Shown here piece after piece: positions 13,921-27,036 of a stretch of DNA of 64,000 nucleotides. The DNA is from Carcharhinus amblyrhynchos (taxonomy: Eukaryota): NCBI GenBank assembly GCA_965287045.1, contig OZ336871.1, positions 53,754,001 through 53,818,000 of the forward strand, read 5' to 3'. The position numbers were made by a program, and so were the translations under genes. Under the pieces are notes generated by a model. It saw only the letters and a program-made list of their open reading frames with translations, was not told where the DNA came from and ran no database searches. Each line of letters starts with the position of its first letter. Position 1 is the stretch's first letter.

Positions 13921-16687
13921 GAAATTATGTTGTAGCATAGAAAAGGAAAATTCAAACAACCAGGAAGACACTCATTTTAAAATAATCTAAAATGGGTAAT
14001 GATATTATGATGTTTTATCGAATGCAAATATTTGCAAATACATGTTGACGGAGAAAACATCACAAGACAGTATTAAATAGAGATCTGCTATCGTCTGAAA
14101 TAGTTTACCCTTTTCTAAGAATGTTTCTGTACAACATAACATGGTTCAGTGCTTTCGTGGTGGGGGGGGGGAGGTGCGGTTTGGATTAAACAATTGGGAA
14201 AATAATTACGAGAGTTCAACGCACTCGCTTGTCCTTTCTACTGCAGGGTTGCTGTCAAAGGCATTCCAAGATGCATCGTTTACAAGAAGAATTCCCACAA
14301 AATTGCGAAAATACCTGCTTTGGTTGTCAAAACACGAGTAATTTAAAATCCTAGATCAGACCGAAAAACTGTTTGAAGAACTTAATGCACATTCAAAGTA
14401 CAGGTCGAAGTGTTAAATAACTCAGGCAACAGTAAAGAATTTTGTCCATATACTGCAAATGTACATAAACGTTATGTAATCAATTGAGACTGTTGGCGTA
14501 ATAAATCTTCTTTAAAAATGCTATCATTTAATTGTTCGATTGTAATGTGACTTATCTAATGAAATACTCTACTATTAGATTTTTTTTCCAGATCTGCTTT
14601 AATTGACCTTCATAAAGTAAAACGATGGAAACGAACATTTTGTTAGTCGAGATACCCAATAAAAGTAGATACTAATTATATTATCTTTTAAAAATGAACA
14701 AATCACAACTATTCAGTGAAACGATTCATTTGCATAGAACTCTATTCCAAAGCATTGGACAAACGTTTTGTTGATTGTATATTTGAATTTTGAACAAACC
14801 GCTCCTTTCAAACATACTCAATAACTGAATGTTAAATGCGTCAATTGTATTTCAGGTGCCCTACTACAATCACACAATTAAATCTGCATACAGTATGATT
14901 TGTTATATCAAGAAACGTAATCCGTTTCAGAAACTCAAAACATACCAGCAATAATTGATAAAGCCTTCTAATGTTGAATCCTTTTAGAAGAAGTAAAAAT
15001 AACCTGCCGTAAAAAAATCGCAAGCTAATTGGCTGGTCATATAACTTAATGTGATTAAAATTGTATAATATTTTAGATTTGAATTCTTATCCACACCAAA
15101 TGGCCCGCAGAATGAAATTTACCAAATAGAAAAGTGACAATTTGGGTGCATTGCACATTATTTTTTTCAAAGTAGCCATATGCAATACGCCTTCTTCCCT
15201 GAAATATAATCGATTCACAACATGAGTTCTTGTCAATCAAGAATGCATCATAATGTTTTAATGTTTGAACGATATACTGTATCCGGGCACGCAAGCCAAC
15301 GTTTAATCAGACTGAACCTTCTTCAACAATCACAGCACACTGTTTCTGGGGTGCATTTACCAACTACCCTGCTTTAATGCGCAGAATAATCGTCCATTAG
15401 AATGCTTTCAACTAAGTATCGAACAGCAAAATTAATTGACTTCCAGTGTAATTAACAGATGTTTGTTTCCACCACTCACTATACAAAGGGAAAATCTGCA
15501 TGGAAACAGTGCTTATATTTTGCACAATTTTATTGTATTCACCAAGGACATCTTGTGTAAATGTTTATGTTTAGATCATTCATTATATAATTTTAAAAGC
15601 TGCGAAAGTCTTATAATGTAAACGGATCCAAATGATTTTGCTAAAAACTTTATTTTTGCTTAGAAAAGCCTCCCCATGACATTTAACTCCCAAAATGTGC
15701 TTTTCTCTCTCTTTGACAGGCATGGGGTGCATCTTCTTTCCTCTGACTACGTAACTTGCCTCTAAACAGCGCAGTCGAATAATTAGCTGGGCCAATTTGT
15801 GTATTTAAGCGCTTTGTAGAAAAATGCAAAATAAAGGTTCTTATCGCATAAACACAAGGCATTACTTGACCAGCAAATGCAGGTCATTCGCCTCTGCAGT
15901 TTTTTTCATAATAAACAGCGATGGAGCCAGGACCCCCAAGTGTTACCTCGCCTGCGTGTACATTTGACATTTTTACTGCAAGGGTAGATTTACAGCCATT
16001 TTAAAGCGAAAGGCAAAGTTAACGCGTTTTACGACATTTGCAAAACGTGTATGTTTTAAGAGTTTATATCAAATTTATACTTTAGAGAGTGTCGAGATGA
16101 GGAAATCGGTTTTACATAAAAAAGATTAGTCAAGTTATGTACATGGGTGGGGGGGGGGGGGTTGTTTCGCGATTTAGTAAATCAGAAATTAGACGTTACC
16201 AGTTTAAATTCTCCTCCGAACAGCAAATCAGTAGTTTAGATGATGAGGAGTGTCATAATTTCTTCATTTACCGACTGAGTCCATCAGCACGGGTCAGGAT
16301 TTATCAGATAGATTGTACCATGATGAAAATCTGATTGTTTCCAATTCTATCTGGGGCATATGGCTGAAACAGCCGGTGTCCAGCTCACAAACAAAATAAA
16401 ACAAATAAAATGGCACATTTCGAAGATACATCTTCGAGCAGGCTTGCACCACATCCCACAGAGCTGCACAACTGTGCGTTTATTGGACTTCAACACGGGA
16501 AACAAAACAAAAGATTTTATTCAATGAAACGAGATTTCGTAAGGGATACGCTAAGCTAAGTTTGGAAGTGACCGAAAAGTGACACCGTGTGCATTTTATT
16601 TCTTATTAATCTTATACATTGACAGTCTTTGTTAAGTAACAAGGCGTGCCATTCGTGAGGCGACATTTTCATATTTGTTAGACGCGG

Positions 16688-16704
16688 TGACCTGAATTTC
16701 ACCT
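16688..16704 (-). promoter_or_regulatory. DR5 retinoic acid response element upstream of HoxA4
   Basis: AGGTGA-AATTC-AGGTCA about 3.0 kb 5' of the HoxA4 ATG, matching the known paralog-4 5' RARE in motif and position. Confidence 0.9.
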
Positions 16705-19700
16705 CGGCCTTGGACTTAGCCATTTCTAAAAGGCCTATAGTGCTCTTTCAAATACCAGGGTGCTTTGCCCAGGTCATTACCTTTGTGGAGGGGGAAACTG
16801 AGCAAAATGCGTGGGTGCTAAGCAGTTCTGAGTGTTTCAATAGCCCACTCGGTAACCGCTTTTAAATGTTTGTAAATAAGATAGTGAGGGTTTGGAATAA
16901 AATCAATAGATTTGCAATGTTTGGTTTCATAAGTCGCGTAAAGCTTAATTGGAGGCATATTCAACAAAATTTAACGACTGTCGTGATTAGACAATTTGCT
17001 TTTGGAATTTAAAATTAATTTCACTTGCAAAAAAAGTTACACAAAGGACGGCCTTGTTTTACCAATACATCTGCATTTCATTTCAAATTCTTCTCATTGG
17101 TGCCTCCGTCCGTGTGCTCTGGGTTCACAAACTTACACAGGCTGATGTTCTGTTTGTCAAAAAAATCGAATCCTTAAAAATATGTTTTAATGTGGAACAT
17201 GGCTTTAATGTGGAATTTTCTGTTTTAAAACTGTGACAACTTTAAAAATTTCAGCAATCTAGCGACCCTAACCAATTATATTACCGCTTAGGGATATGTT
17301 TTAATGTTTTGCAAACTATTCTAGTAACAAGTGTCAAATTAACAAAACGAAATTATTCGTTTGGAGTACGTTTTCCATCTTTCTCAGGAGAAAAAGGAGT
17401 CAGATTATTTGCAATGGATACGTTTTTCTCCTTATCTCCGCTACTACAAATGCTCTATTCCTCTTTCATCTAAATCCACGACCTTTCTAACCCTCCGTCT
17501 ACGTCCCTATCATGTCTCTCTTCCTATCTATCCATAGACACACAGGTCCTACAGTCTGTATTTTAAAGCAATATTGCCCATTTCAAGTAGAATCTGATTT
17601 TCTTTTTTGAAAAGTGTCAAATGGAAGTCAGACTAAAGATGGCTTCTTCGGCGATTAACTAATGCATTTAATACAGCCTCAGATATTAAATAATTTGTCT
17701 TTCCTTAATTTTTAGTGTATCATGTATATTTAGTAACAAACATTAGTTTCGTTTATCTTTGTATATATTTTATTTATTGACCTATTACCTGTATGCTAAT
17801 TCTTTTGCTTTCGAAGGCACGGATTTTCCAGTTCTACAGAGTGGAAGAATAATACTGTTGCCCCATGGAATAGCTATATAAGATATTTGCATCTTGTCCC
17901 TCGCAATGTGTGTAATATAGAGAATAGTGTCATAGAACATACAAATTCTGTAAGCCCAAATGGCTTATTCAGCATCTTTAAAGGCATTTGACGTTTATTT
18001 TGATTGCAACTAAACGGAAAAGGTACAAGAAAATGATTACGTTTGGTGGCAACTGTTACATCCGGGTTGCAATAATCTCTGAAGAATTTGATGCCGCAAA
18101 CAGAACGTGCCCTTGTCTTCATGCTAAAATCTCATAAACCATTGTGCTTGGGCTTCAATCGTTTACCTTTCATTCCAGGAGTTACGGCTAATATCAAATT
18201 GCAACACTGCATTTGCAGTTAAGAATAAAGTTAGCACTATTATTGTGTAGATGGATTTTTATATCGCTGTTTATCAGTCAGTAAAAAAGAAGGCGAATGC
18301 GTAGATAACCATTGGCTTGAGTAAGAACCTCAATAAATGTTATTGCTGCATTTTAAACCAGAGACTTTCTTCTCAAAGCAAGCTTTTCTATCGCCGTGAG
18401 TCTCTGAGTATACTTGTGGTATTTATACGGAACTGGGAGAAACACAAAGTTGTCCCAATATACTGTATTTCAAATTAGATTATTCAAACTAGATCTCAGT
18501 TCAAATATAAGTGTTTTTGAAATGCCCCTTCATTCTAAATTAGTACCAGTGGTTCTACATTGTTCCAACCGATTCAGAATGTAGGGGGATGTCTGTGAAG
18601 CCTAAATGATGTCGATCTTTTCCTTGAGTCAGACCGTGTACACTGTTAGCTGATGTACTTGGACAGGCGGACTGCTGCTGTATCCGAATCTCTCTTTTCT
18701 TAATGCGACATTCGACTCGAAAAAGGGCAAACCGAAATAAAACAATTCGATTTTTTTGTGGGAAAAGTCTCAATTTTTTTGGTACAGTTGTTGGAAGTTT
18801 ACCTGCTGCATATGCACAGCAGATAGAAAAAGTACCGTGGTCGATTTTTCAAGATGAAATACAACGTGTCTCGATCATGAAAAGAATATTTTTTTTCTTT
18901 CCTTTCGTCAGTAATTGAGGTCGTTCAGTCGCTTGGGTTCACCTGGAGTCCATAGTATGATACACGAGTAACTCAAAGCTATTTTATCTTTTGTGCTGAT
19001 AGTCAAGATCGCGCTATAACATTGACATCAAACTCTGTCTGTGCAGATGATTACAAGTCGTGCAAAACGTAAACTTTTGACCCTCAACTTTTTGACCTAC
19101 AGTTGTACCGCCCTACCAACCACGGTACAGGGAGCCCCTTTTCAAAGCACTGCTGAGGACTGAAATAATATCCCCTTTCGTTCACTATTTTCATGATGTA
19201 CTGCTAATTTCAGGTCTGGGAATGCTGGAGGCACTGTCCCCATCCCCCTTCTCTCCTGCCCCCACCCCATTCAGTTTCTTCCCCCCCCCCCCCCCATAAG
19301 GGAAACCTTTCTTTAAACTCAAAAATGGCATGAACCTCCACTGTCTGCAAGCTGTTTATTCAAGTGCTCTTTTATTTAGTTGGATGTGCCAAAGTGGGTA
19401 AGTTTTTACTGCATCGGCCAGTCGATGTAATTATAGATAGTATACAAAAACAAAACAAATGCATTAAGCTTTTGAATCTATTTTAGTATTTCCGTCCTTT
19501 TCTGTTGCACTGATAGAACAATGGATGCGTGAGCTTCCAGTCCATGCTCACACAAAATGACTGTGAACTTGGTCTAAAGCGAGCTCTGCTGGTGAGTTGC
19601 AGAGTGTGCAGATGCATTTTCCTTGTAATTCTCTCTCCCATCTCTCGCTTTTTCCTCAACGCATTCCTTCTTAGATTTAAACAACGAAAAGCCTTTATTG

Positions 19701-22700
19701 GGGCAATGAAATAACTCACGATTCGAGTTCCGTATTTTGGCAAAAACGAGGAGGGTGCATGCATATTTGTTTTGTTCTATGCCAAAGGAAGGTCATTTTA
19801 ATGACACATCTCTTAGGGAAAAAGGTGCAAAATTAATAAGCTTATATTACAATTGCAGGTAGTGGACGAAGCAATAACAAAAAAGGCAGAAAAAACATTT
19901 TAAGAAAAGAGTTACTTTAGTGCTTTGATTCTATGTCTACATTTCTTAAAAGATTAACTCCAATTTGTCCATCCCTTCCTCAGAATTACAATGTTAACTA
20001 ATGCATATATATAGTAATTCATATTGCCATCACTATTGTTATAAAGTAACATGATTATTAAAGTGATAATTACTTTTCCTTTGTTTAGGAAACGATTTAT
20101 CTCTGGTAATAAAAAACACAATCGATTTATTTAGTGGGTTCATGTGTTTTCTCCCCGGTGCCAACCATAGAATGATGCACAGATATCAACACAATGTTTC
20201 AACTCCTTACTGCAATATCTTGCATTCAAGTAAATGCAAAAAGTATCAATGATTCCATTCCCGGAAGACTTTAAAAGAGTCCTCAATTTCTACAAGGTCA
20301 TGCTGCAACCAAAGCTTCTGTTCTGAGAAATTCATAGTAGGCTATCTAGTAACAATTACCTTCCTTGCATTGTAATGTTTGTCTACTCATGATCAGTTAA
20401 TTTCGCAAAAAATGAGTACCAAAATGACATTATGCAAAACAAATGCAAGAAGTAAAAGATGAATATGACACAACCCCTGGAACCCACATAAGAATATTCA
20501 TTTCTCTCACACTTCGATTAAAAGCCTTCATTGCAATGTTTAGAATGCAGAGGATTGCATACGAAACTCCATAATAGCTAACTAGATCGCCACAAGTAAG
20601 ATCCAGCAAACATAATTGGAATAGAAAGCCAGTCTATAAAAGCTATATCCAGCTTGATTATTAGGTAATATGAAAATAATACATTAGGTTACCACGTGCA
20701 TAACGATATTCTACACATGCATGTCTATTTATTCCCCTAATAGTGAATGCACTATAATATGTCGTGTTCATATACAAATGAAGAAGCATTCGTGCTTTCT
20801 CTTTCAGGTTATTTTACTGCGCTAATGAACGCCAAAACAATTATCTGTTACTTTGCTCATAAATAGAAAATCACAATGCTGCAGGACCCCCTAAATTCGC
20901 TGAAAGGAGGCCCAAGAAGATACATCACGTTCTCACATAATATGCAGCTGCACAGGTTTACAAATAGGAAACTGCGTTAAGCTAACAGTATGCCCTGCTC
21001 TGAATTTCTTGCAGAAGCTCATTTGCAAAGCTTAGGCAAAATTCTATTGTGCCCAAAAGCCAAACATAGATTGCTACTGAAAAATGTGCTGTCCTTTCGG
21101 TGCCCTTAACACAGACGAAACGTAAGCACGTCACATTCCAGATTTTATGGCGACCACCTCTTGATTTTACCCCTCGTAACTTTTTTATTAGTTTCACACT
21201 TATATGTTTTCTGCGTTATGTTTTTAGAGAATTGGTAAATTTGCACAGCAGCTTTTAAAAAAATATATTTAAACACTGATTAATGAGATGGAGTGTTAAA
21301 GGGTAGGCACAAATATGATATCTGATAGCTTTGGAAATGTTGGCAATAGCTCCTTATCAAAGACCTTAGATTTATATTTAGACCACCAATCAGATTTATA
21401 TATGGTAAAAGAGATTTGGGAGGGGAAAGTGAATCACGGTAATTTCAGATTAAACCTACTGTCGTGACAGAAATTAGGGAACGTGTTGAAAAGATATGTT
21501 TCACCAATGGAACAGATGGATTTTACACTGCAAATCATGTTTTTCTTCAGTGTAGAAGTTACATAAGGACGCATCTGTAAAGCGAACCCCCATAACCGCC
21601 CCCTCCAAAAAAACTACATTAGTTTGCATACATGCAAGGTGGCAGTCCCAACCATAGAAAAAAAATTCTGGAAGGCAATTCCATGCAGCTCTCTTGAAAT
21701 AATTGAACCCCTCGGTCATACACATCTTACTTAACAAATGTTTACTAAATATGGAAACAAGACATTCTCTACGTTTGGGGAATGCATAACTACCTCATCG
21801 ATGAAAGAAAGATCGGGAGTTCAAGATTTCTTGAAAAGGACCCCATCACTACATTATATTTTCACCGGTTCCCACAGAATATCTACACTGTGTAACGTCT
21901 TTGATTACTCAGTTTAAATAAATATTTGCATGTTTAATCCTTTGAATATACATTGTGTACCCCGCCAGCACTAAATCCACCCACCCCAACCCCCACCCCC
22001 ACTTTGGAGTCTCGCTTTTGAGACAGAAAAATGTAAGTGTTTTCGGCGAGAAAAATAAACACATCAAAAGCACAGACCCTTGTGCAATGTGAAACGAAAT
22101 AACTTGTTATCACTAATGCTTAGGAAAACAATTACAAATACATCAATTTCAAATTTAATAACTGACATGTAATGTTACACTGGATGCCACTGTAGCACTG
22201 GGTGAAACTAAAACATGTTTTGTCTTGTTGTAAAAAGGATTTAAGTGATTTGGACAGATGATATATTAAACTGTCATATTTAAATGTAAACTAATACAAA
22301 GGAAATTACAACAGATTGACGCGTTTGACATGGCCGATCCGGAACTGCAATACTGATATTGGGGCTGATTTCCTCTATTACCGTTGGATCTTTATAGCAC
22401 ATCGTAAAATTGGCCTAATTGCAGTGGAATGTTTTGAGTAGAAATTCTACAGGGTAATTGCTCTCTACCATATCATCCCTTTTAAACGTGTGGCCGACTG
22501 CCATCCCCACCCCCAATGCTATAAGTTGGATTTGTCCATATAGGGAAAAGAGGAATAATCAAGTCTTCCAAATTTATGAAATGTTGCATTTTTCTTTTGA
22601 AACACTTTATCTTCAACAGTAAATTACACAAGTGAATCTGTATATACACACTAGACTAGCGGAAGCTTCAAAGAATGAAAAGCCGGTCATAAAGTTTATG

Positions 22701-23590
22701 GTTCGTCAGTCACAACTGTGGGAAACCTGCAATTCACCAAAAGCTATGTTGGTGTTACAGCAGTCAGACTTAAAGTTGCAGTAACTCTTCCACTGGCTGT
22801 ATTTTAAAGCGGGTTTTAACTCTTTTCCTTAACTTTAAGTGTTTATATCTCACGTATACCTCATTCGAGACTATTTGGATTAAGATTGTTATGTTCACAT
22901 ATTTATTTATAACGTGCTCAAGAGGATGATTTTTGTTGCCATAAAAGTTAAACTGAAAATAAGGAGGGGATAGGTTTAATATGTGAAAATAGTGTTTCTA
23001 ATAAAGTGAATGATACCTTAATCCGGTCCTGTGTGACGACAGGGACTTTGCTATAATATAGAATAAGCTGCAAATGCTTGCACAATACGCACTAAAATAT
23101 CAGTGTCCTACAACTATCCTAAATGCGTAATAATTAAGACAACTGAACATCTATATTTCTCAACACATATCAGGGGCATTATACTCCCCTCAAGAAAACA
23201 CAAATAAACAAGTGACACAACAGAGCCTGCGGGTAAATAAACCATGAAAAGGACTAAGAATGTTCTGCTCCACATATTAAGGTACTGAACAATGCCAGTA
23301 ACATTTAATGAAAATCAATTGAATATCCCCAAAAACTTTAAACATATAAGATGTTTTAAAATGGGAAACCACTAGCCTTTTCAAAAAATTACTTCTGTTC
23401 CTATTTTACCCATTCATTTTTAAAACCTGGCTTGTAAAATAAAAGCTGGGAACACAGAAAGAAACTACTCAAGTACTTTGCCCACACTTGCTTCTGCCTC
23501 AGTGCACTCTGGGTGTTGCTTAAGGCCCATTTCACTGGGCCAAAACTCCTCGTGAAAAGTCATCAACGTTAATATTTCAACAAAATTTAC

Positions 23591-23699
23591 CTTGTCTTGC
23601 AAGAAAACACAACTTTCCTGTACATTGGAGTTGTGGAGCTGTGGATAGTCCTCTGAACATGAAAATTAGCCATTTGAGTGGTCTGTCTGCACACGCAAT
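23591..23699 (-). other. Candidate internal non-coding exon (109 nt)
   Basis: Acceptor CTTCATTTGGTTCCTTTGCAG| at 23700-23701 and donor AAG|GTAAAT at 23590. Confidence 0.55.
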
Positions 23700-23769
23700 C
23701 TGCAAAGGAACCAAATGAAGTCCAGCGTCAGTGAGATTATATGTTATGTAGAATATACTGTTGGTTGTC

Positions 23770-23960
23770 AACTCCCCAAAACCATAAAACTTACTTTAAT
23801 GACACCACGTGATTTTTTATAGCCAGTGAGGCTATCAGTCTGTGCTATGGATGATTTTACGATCTAATTCATAGACAAAACCCTATTCATTTGGCACCCA
23901 AATGTCATATAGCCGGAACTGAGGTGTATAAAAGTTTATTGATTATAACTTTAAAGGACA
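23770..23960. promoter_or_regulatory. Conserved enhancer/promoter block 3' of HoxA5
   Basis: Dense Cdx/Hox motifs (CCATAAAA, TTTTTAT, TGATTTTACG), CACGTG at 23806-23811, and TATA-like elements on both strands. The position matches the Cdx-bound mesodermal enhancer region known 3' of mouse Hoxa5. Confidence 0.6.
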
Positions 23961-24703
23961 AGCAGTCACTAAGCAGAAAGGGTAAAAGTGCTGATCCCCC
24001 TTGCTGTCAGGAACTAAGAGGCGAATTTTCTGTCCTGTCTTCACGCGGTAAGTAAAGTTAACTCTATAAAGTGAAAAATACCTGTTGGGAAACGTTTACG
24101 CTACACTTTGGTGGAGGAGTTGAGGAAACGTGACTAACGCCTACCTGCGGAACAAAGTGGTTGAAGTACTTCAGGGTTCACTTTTTCCTCAGACCAGTTT
24201 CCAAATAACCATGTTTATAAAGGGGGTGAGAGTAAGTGCAGGAAGAGCAACAGCAACAACAAAGAAATTGGGCATTTGCGGAAAATGTGTGGTTTAGCAA
24301 ACGGTGTTGAAGTGCGCAACAGACAGGGCGCATGGAATACAGTTAGAAGAGGCGAACACATTTACTACGAATTGCGTAAATATGCCAAATTACAATAGAG
24401 CATTTAAATACTGCATTTGCCAGTTCTTACTGAATTCCAACATTTGCAGTGATCAAGAATTTAGAAAATCTATTGATTGAACTTTGACTTTATAAATTTG
24501 CGCAACTTGATTGCCTGTCGTAAGCCCAAACTGCAAGATTCCTGTCTGGAGGAGTGGTGCAAACTTGTACAGACTAGAATATACTTAATGTTTTAGTGTA
24601 AGTTTTGGACTCAACCCTCGAAACAATTTAATTCACAGGACAATAGAAACAACAGAAATGCTTAATCTGGGAGGCCAAGGTCCAGGAAAGTTACTATAGA
24701 AAC

Positions 24704-24709
24704 TTTATT
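24704..24709 (-). terminator. Probable HoxA5 polyadenylation signal
   Basis: AATAAA on the minus strand about 700 nt past the stop; a miR-196 7mer-A1 site lies in this UTR at 24939-24945. Confidence 0.55.
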
Positions 24710-25403
24710 TTAACTTCCAGTCAGTTTTAAAAACAAATACAAAAGCTCATCACGAATTTCTTAAACCTCCAGTCTTTTAGGTTTTATATTTATCCTTTGT
24801 CACAAAAAACATACACTGACGCTGCGCTAAGAGCCACTTATTGGAGTTCGTGCAAAGTCATACAAAGGCACAGCATAGACATACAGTTCAAAGTCGCAAT
24901 ATCCTTCACAAAATTCACTGGTCACTAATAACACAGAATAGGTAGCATCTCAGTGATTTAACACTACGATATCAATTACAGAGGACGATGGCCTGAAATT
25001 AAATACGTATTGCAAGCTTGGAGCTATTTTGACATTTAGCAACACTAACACTCACATACACTTTTTTTGCAGAGTGCAACACATAATTACATTTTTACTG
25101 GACGATTTTATACAGTTACTTCAAGTAACACCGCATGTATTAATATAAATAAGTTAAACAGCTATAATTCACAAGGCTAACCTACTCCTACAACATTGTT
25201 GTTACTTCTAGACAATATACTGTAAGCAGATTACTTGTACAGGCAACAGTACGGCCAGAAAACAGACTAACGATTCAAAGATTGGAATACGGCAACATGG
25301 AAATGATTTTCTTCATAGAAGTAACACGGGAAAAGAGTTTTGGAAGTCAGTACTGTATTGACATTATGCTAATTGGTCAGCTACTGCCCAGTACTTCTAT
25401 TGA

Positions 25404-25739
<336 letters not shown>

Positions 25740-26123
25740 CTAACTCAAAGCACAAGACCGAAATCTAGCCCAGGCATGTCTACGCCTAGCTCCTGCGCTC
25801 TCTCCCAGACCTTAATAACAAAATGACTTCAGGAACTTAGCTAGAACTAAATGTTAAAGTGCCCACTTGGACAAAACTGTCCCATAATAAACCACACCTT
25901 TTTCTATCTATCAGTTCCTATTTCTTCTTACATTACTGATGCGTAACTAGACACCTTATTAGCAAATATCCCACCACCCATATGGTTCCAAATATAGTAG
26001 CAACTTAAAAAAAATGATCCTTACAAAGATATTAAGAAATATTAACATGTACATTTAGCGTTTTGATTTGCCAGAGTAGTTTAGGACTCCACTAATGCAA
26101 AAAGAAGAGAGGAGGGATTTTAC

Positions 26124-26703
26124 CGTGACTTATGTGCAGTTTTCGCATCCAGGGGTAAATCTGAGGCTGTTGTTGTGCTGTGCTTTGCCCGTTCTGTGAA
26201 CTTGGAGGGTCGCTGCTTGCCGGGGTGTCATCCTCAGTACCAGGCGACGTGCCAACCCCATCTCTACTGATGTGACTGCTGCTGCTGCTGGAATTTGAGG
26301 AGGTAGTTGGGCTTGCTATGGAGTTTTTGATTCCGTGGTGGTTGTCGCTTGCAGGCGGACTGACCACGGCGGAACAGGGCAGAGGGTCAGGTGAAGGAGA
26401 CTGAGTGGATGTGGCAGGTTGGTTGTACCTGGTGTCTGCTCCTGCTTCTGGTCCTGCTGCTGCTGCTGTTGTTGCTGCTGCAGAGTAGCTTCGAGATCTT
26501 TCACTGGCATTAAAGTGGTTAGATGCTGGACGACTAATGCTGAGATCCATCCCATTGTAACCGTAGCCGTACCTGCTGGAATGCATCGTTGCAGAATCCC
26601 TGTATTGCTCGCTCACCGAGCTATGATCTCCATAATTATGTAACTGGTAGTCCGGGCCATTTGGATAGCGACCGCAGAATGAGTTTACAAAGTAAGAGCT
26701 CAT
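26124..26703 (-). CDS. HOXA5: HoxA5 exon 1
   Basis: Encodes [37 protein letters not shown]...[15 protein letters not shown]. Donor G|GTAAAA at 26123. Confidence 0.96.
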
Positions 26704-26925
26704 TTGATTTTTTTATTTATTTATTTTTACTTGATTTGTGGCTCTTGGTCGCTTGTGCGTCTAGCACCCTGCACAATTTATGATGAATTATGGAAATGAC
26801 TGGGACATGTACTTCGTTCCCTCCTACGTAGGCGCCCAAATATGGGGCACGACTTAGAATCACGTGCTTTTGTTGTCCAGTCGTAAATTCTCGCTGATGA
26901 CCTCTAGAGGTAAATCCGTGCACTG
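26704..26925 (-). promoter_or_regulatory. HoxA5 highly conserved promoter and 5' leader
   Basis: Contains CATAAATT, GGAACGAAGTACATGTCCCAGTCATTTCC, CACGTG (26861-26866) and TTTACGAC, recognisable as the conserved Hox5 upstream block. Confidence 0.75.
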
Positions 26926-27022
26926 TGGCTACAAGCGGGAAGGTTGCGTGGAAGGGAGAGCGTGGGGAGCGCGCACGGGGGCGCGCCGCCGGCTCCCAGC
27001 AGCAGCTTTGGGTTGTCCTTGC

Positions 27023-27036
27023 GCGCCACCCTCTGG
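27023..27036 (-). promoter_or_regulatory. Candidate CTCF site (C5|6 position)
   Basis: CCAGAGGGTGGCGC resembles the CTCF core CCASYAGRKGGCRS and lies in the GC/CpG-rich patch just 5' of HoxA5. Confidence 0.6.

Noticed and set aside
15870-15886. Second DR5 RARE (CCAGCA-AATGC-AGGTCA)
   Set aside because: The 5' half-site does not match RGKTCA.
13920-25400. Intact mir-10 precursor
   Set aside because: No full mature sequence or paired hairpin was found, only the 12-mer at 22445-22456.
26316-26643. Poly-Gln and poly-Cys ORFs
   Set aside because: They are alternative-frame readings of the HoxA5 Ala/Thr triplet run.
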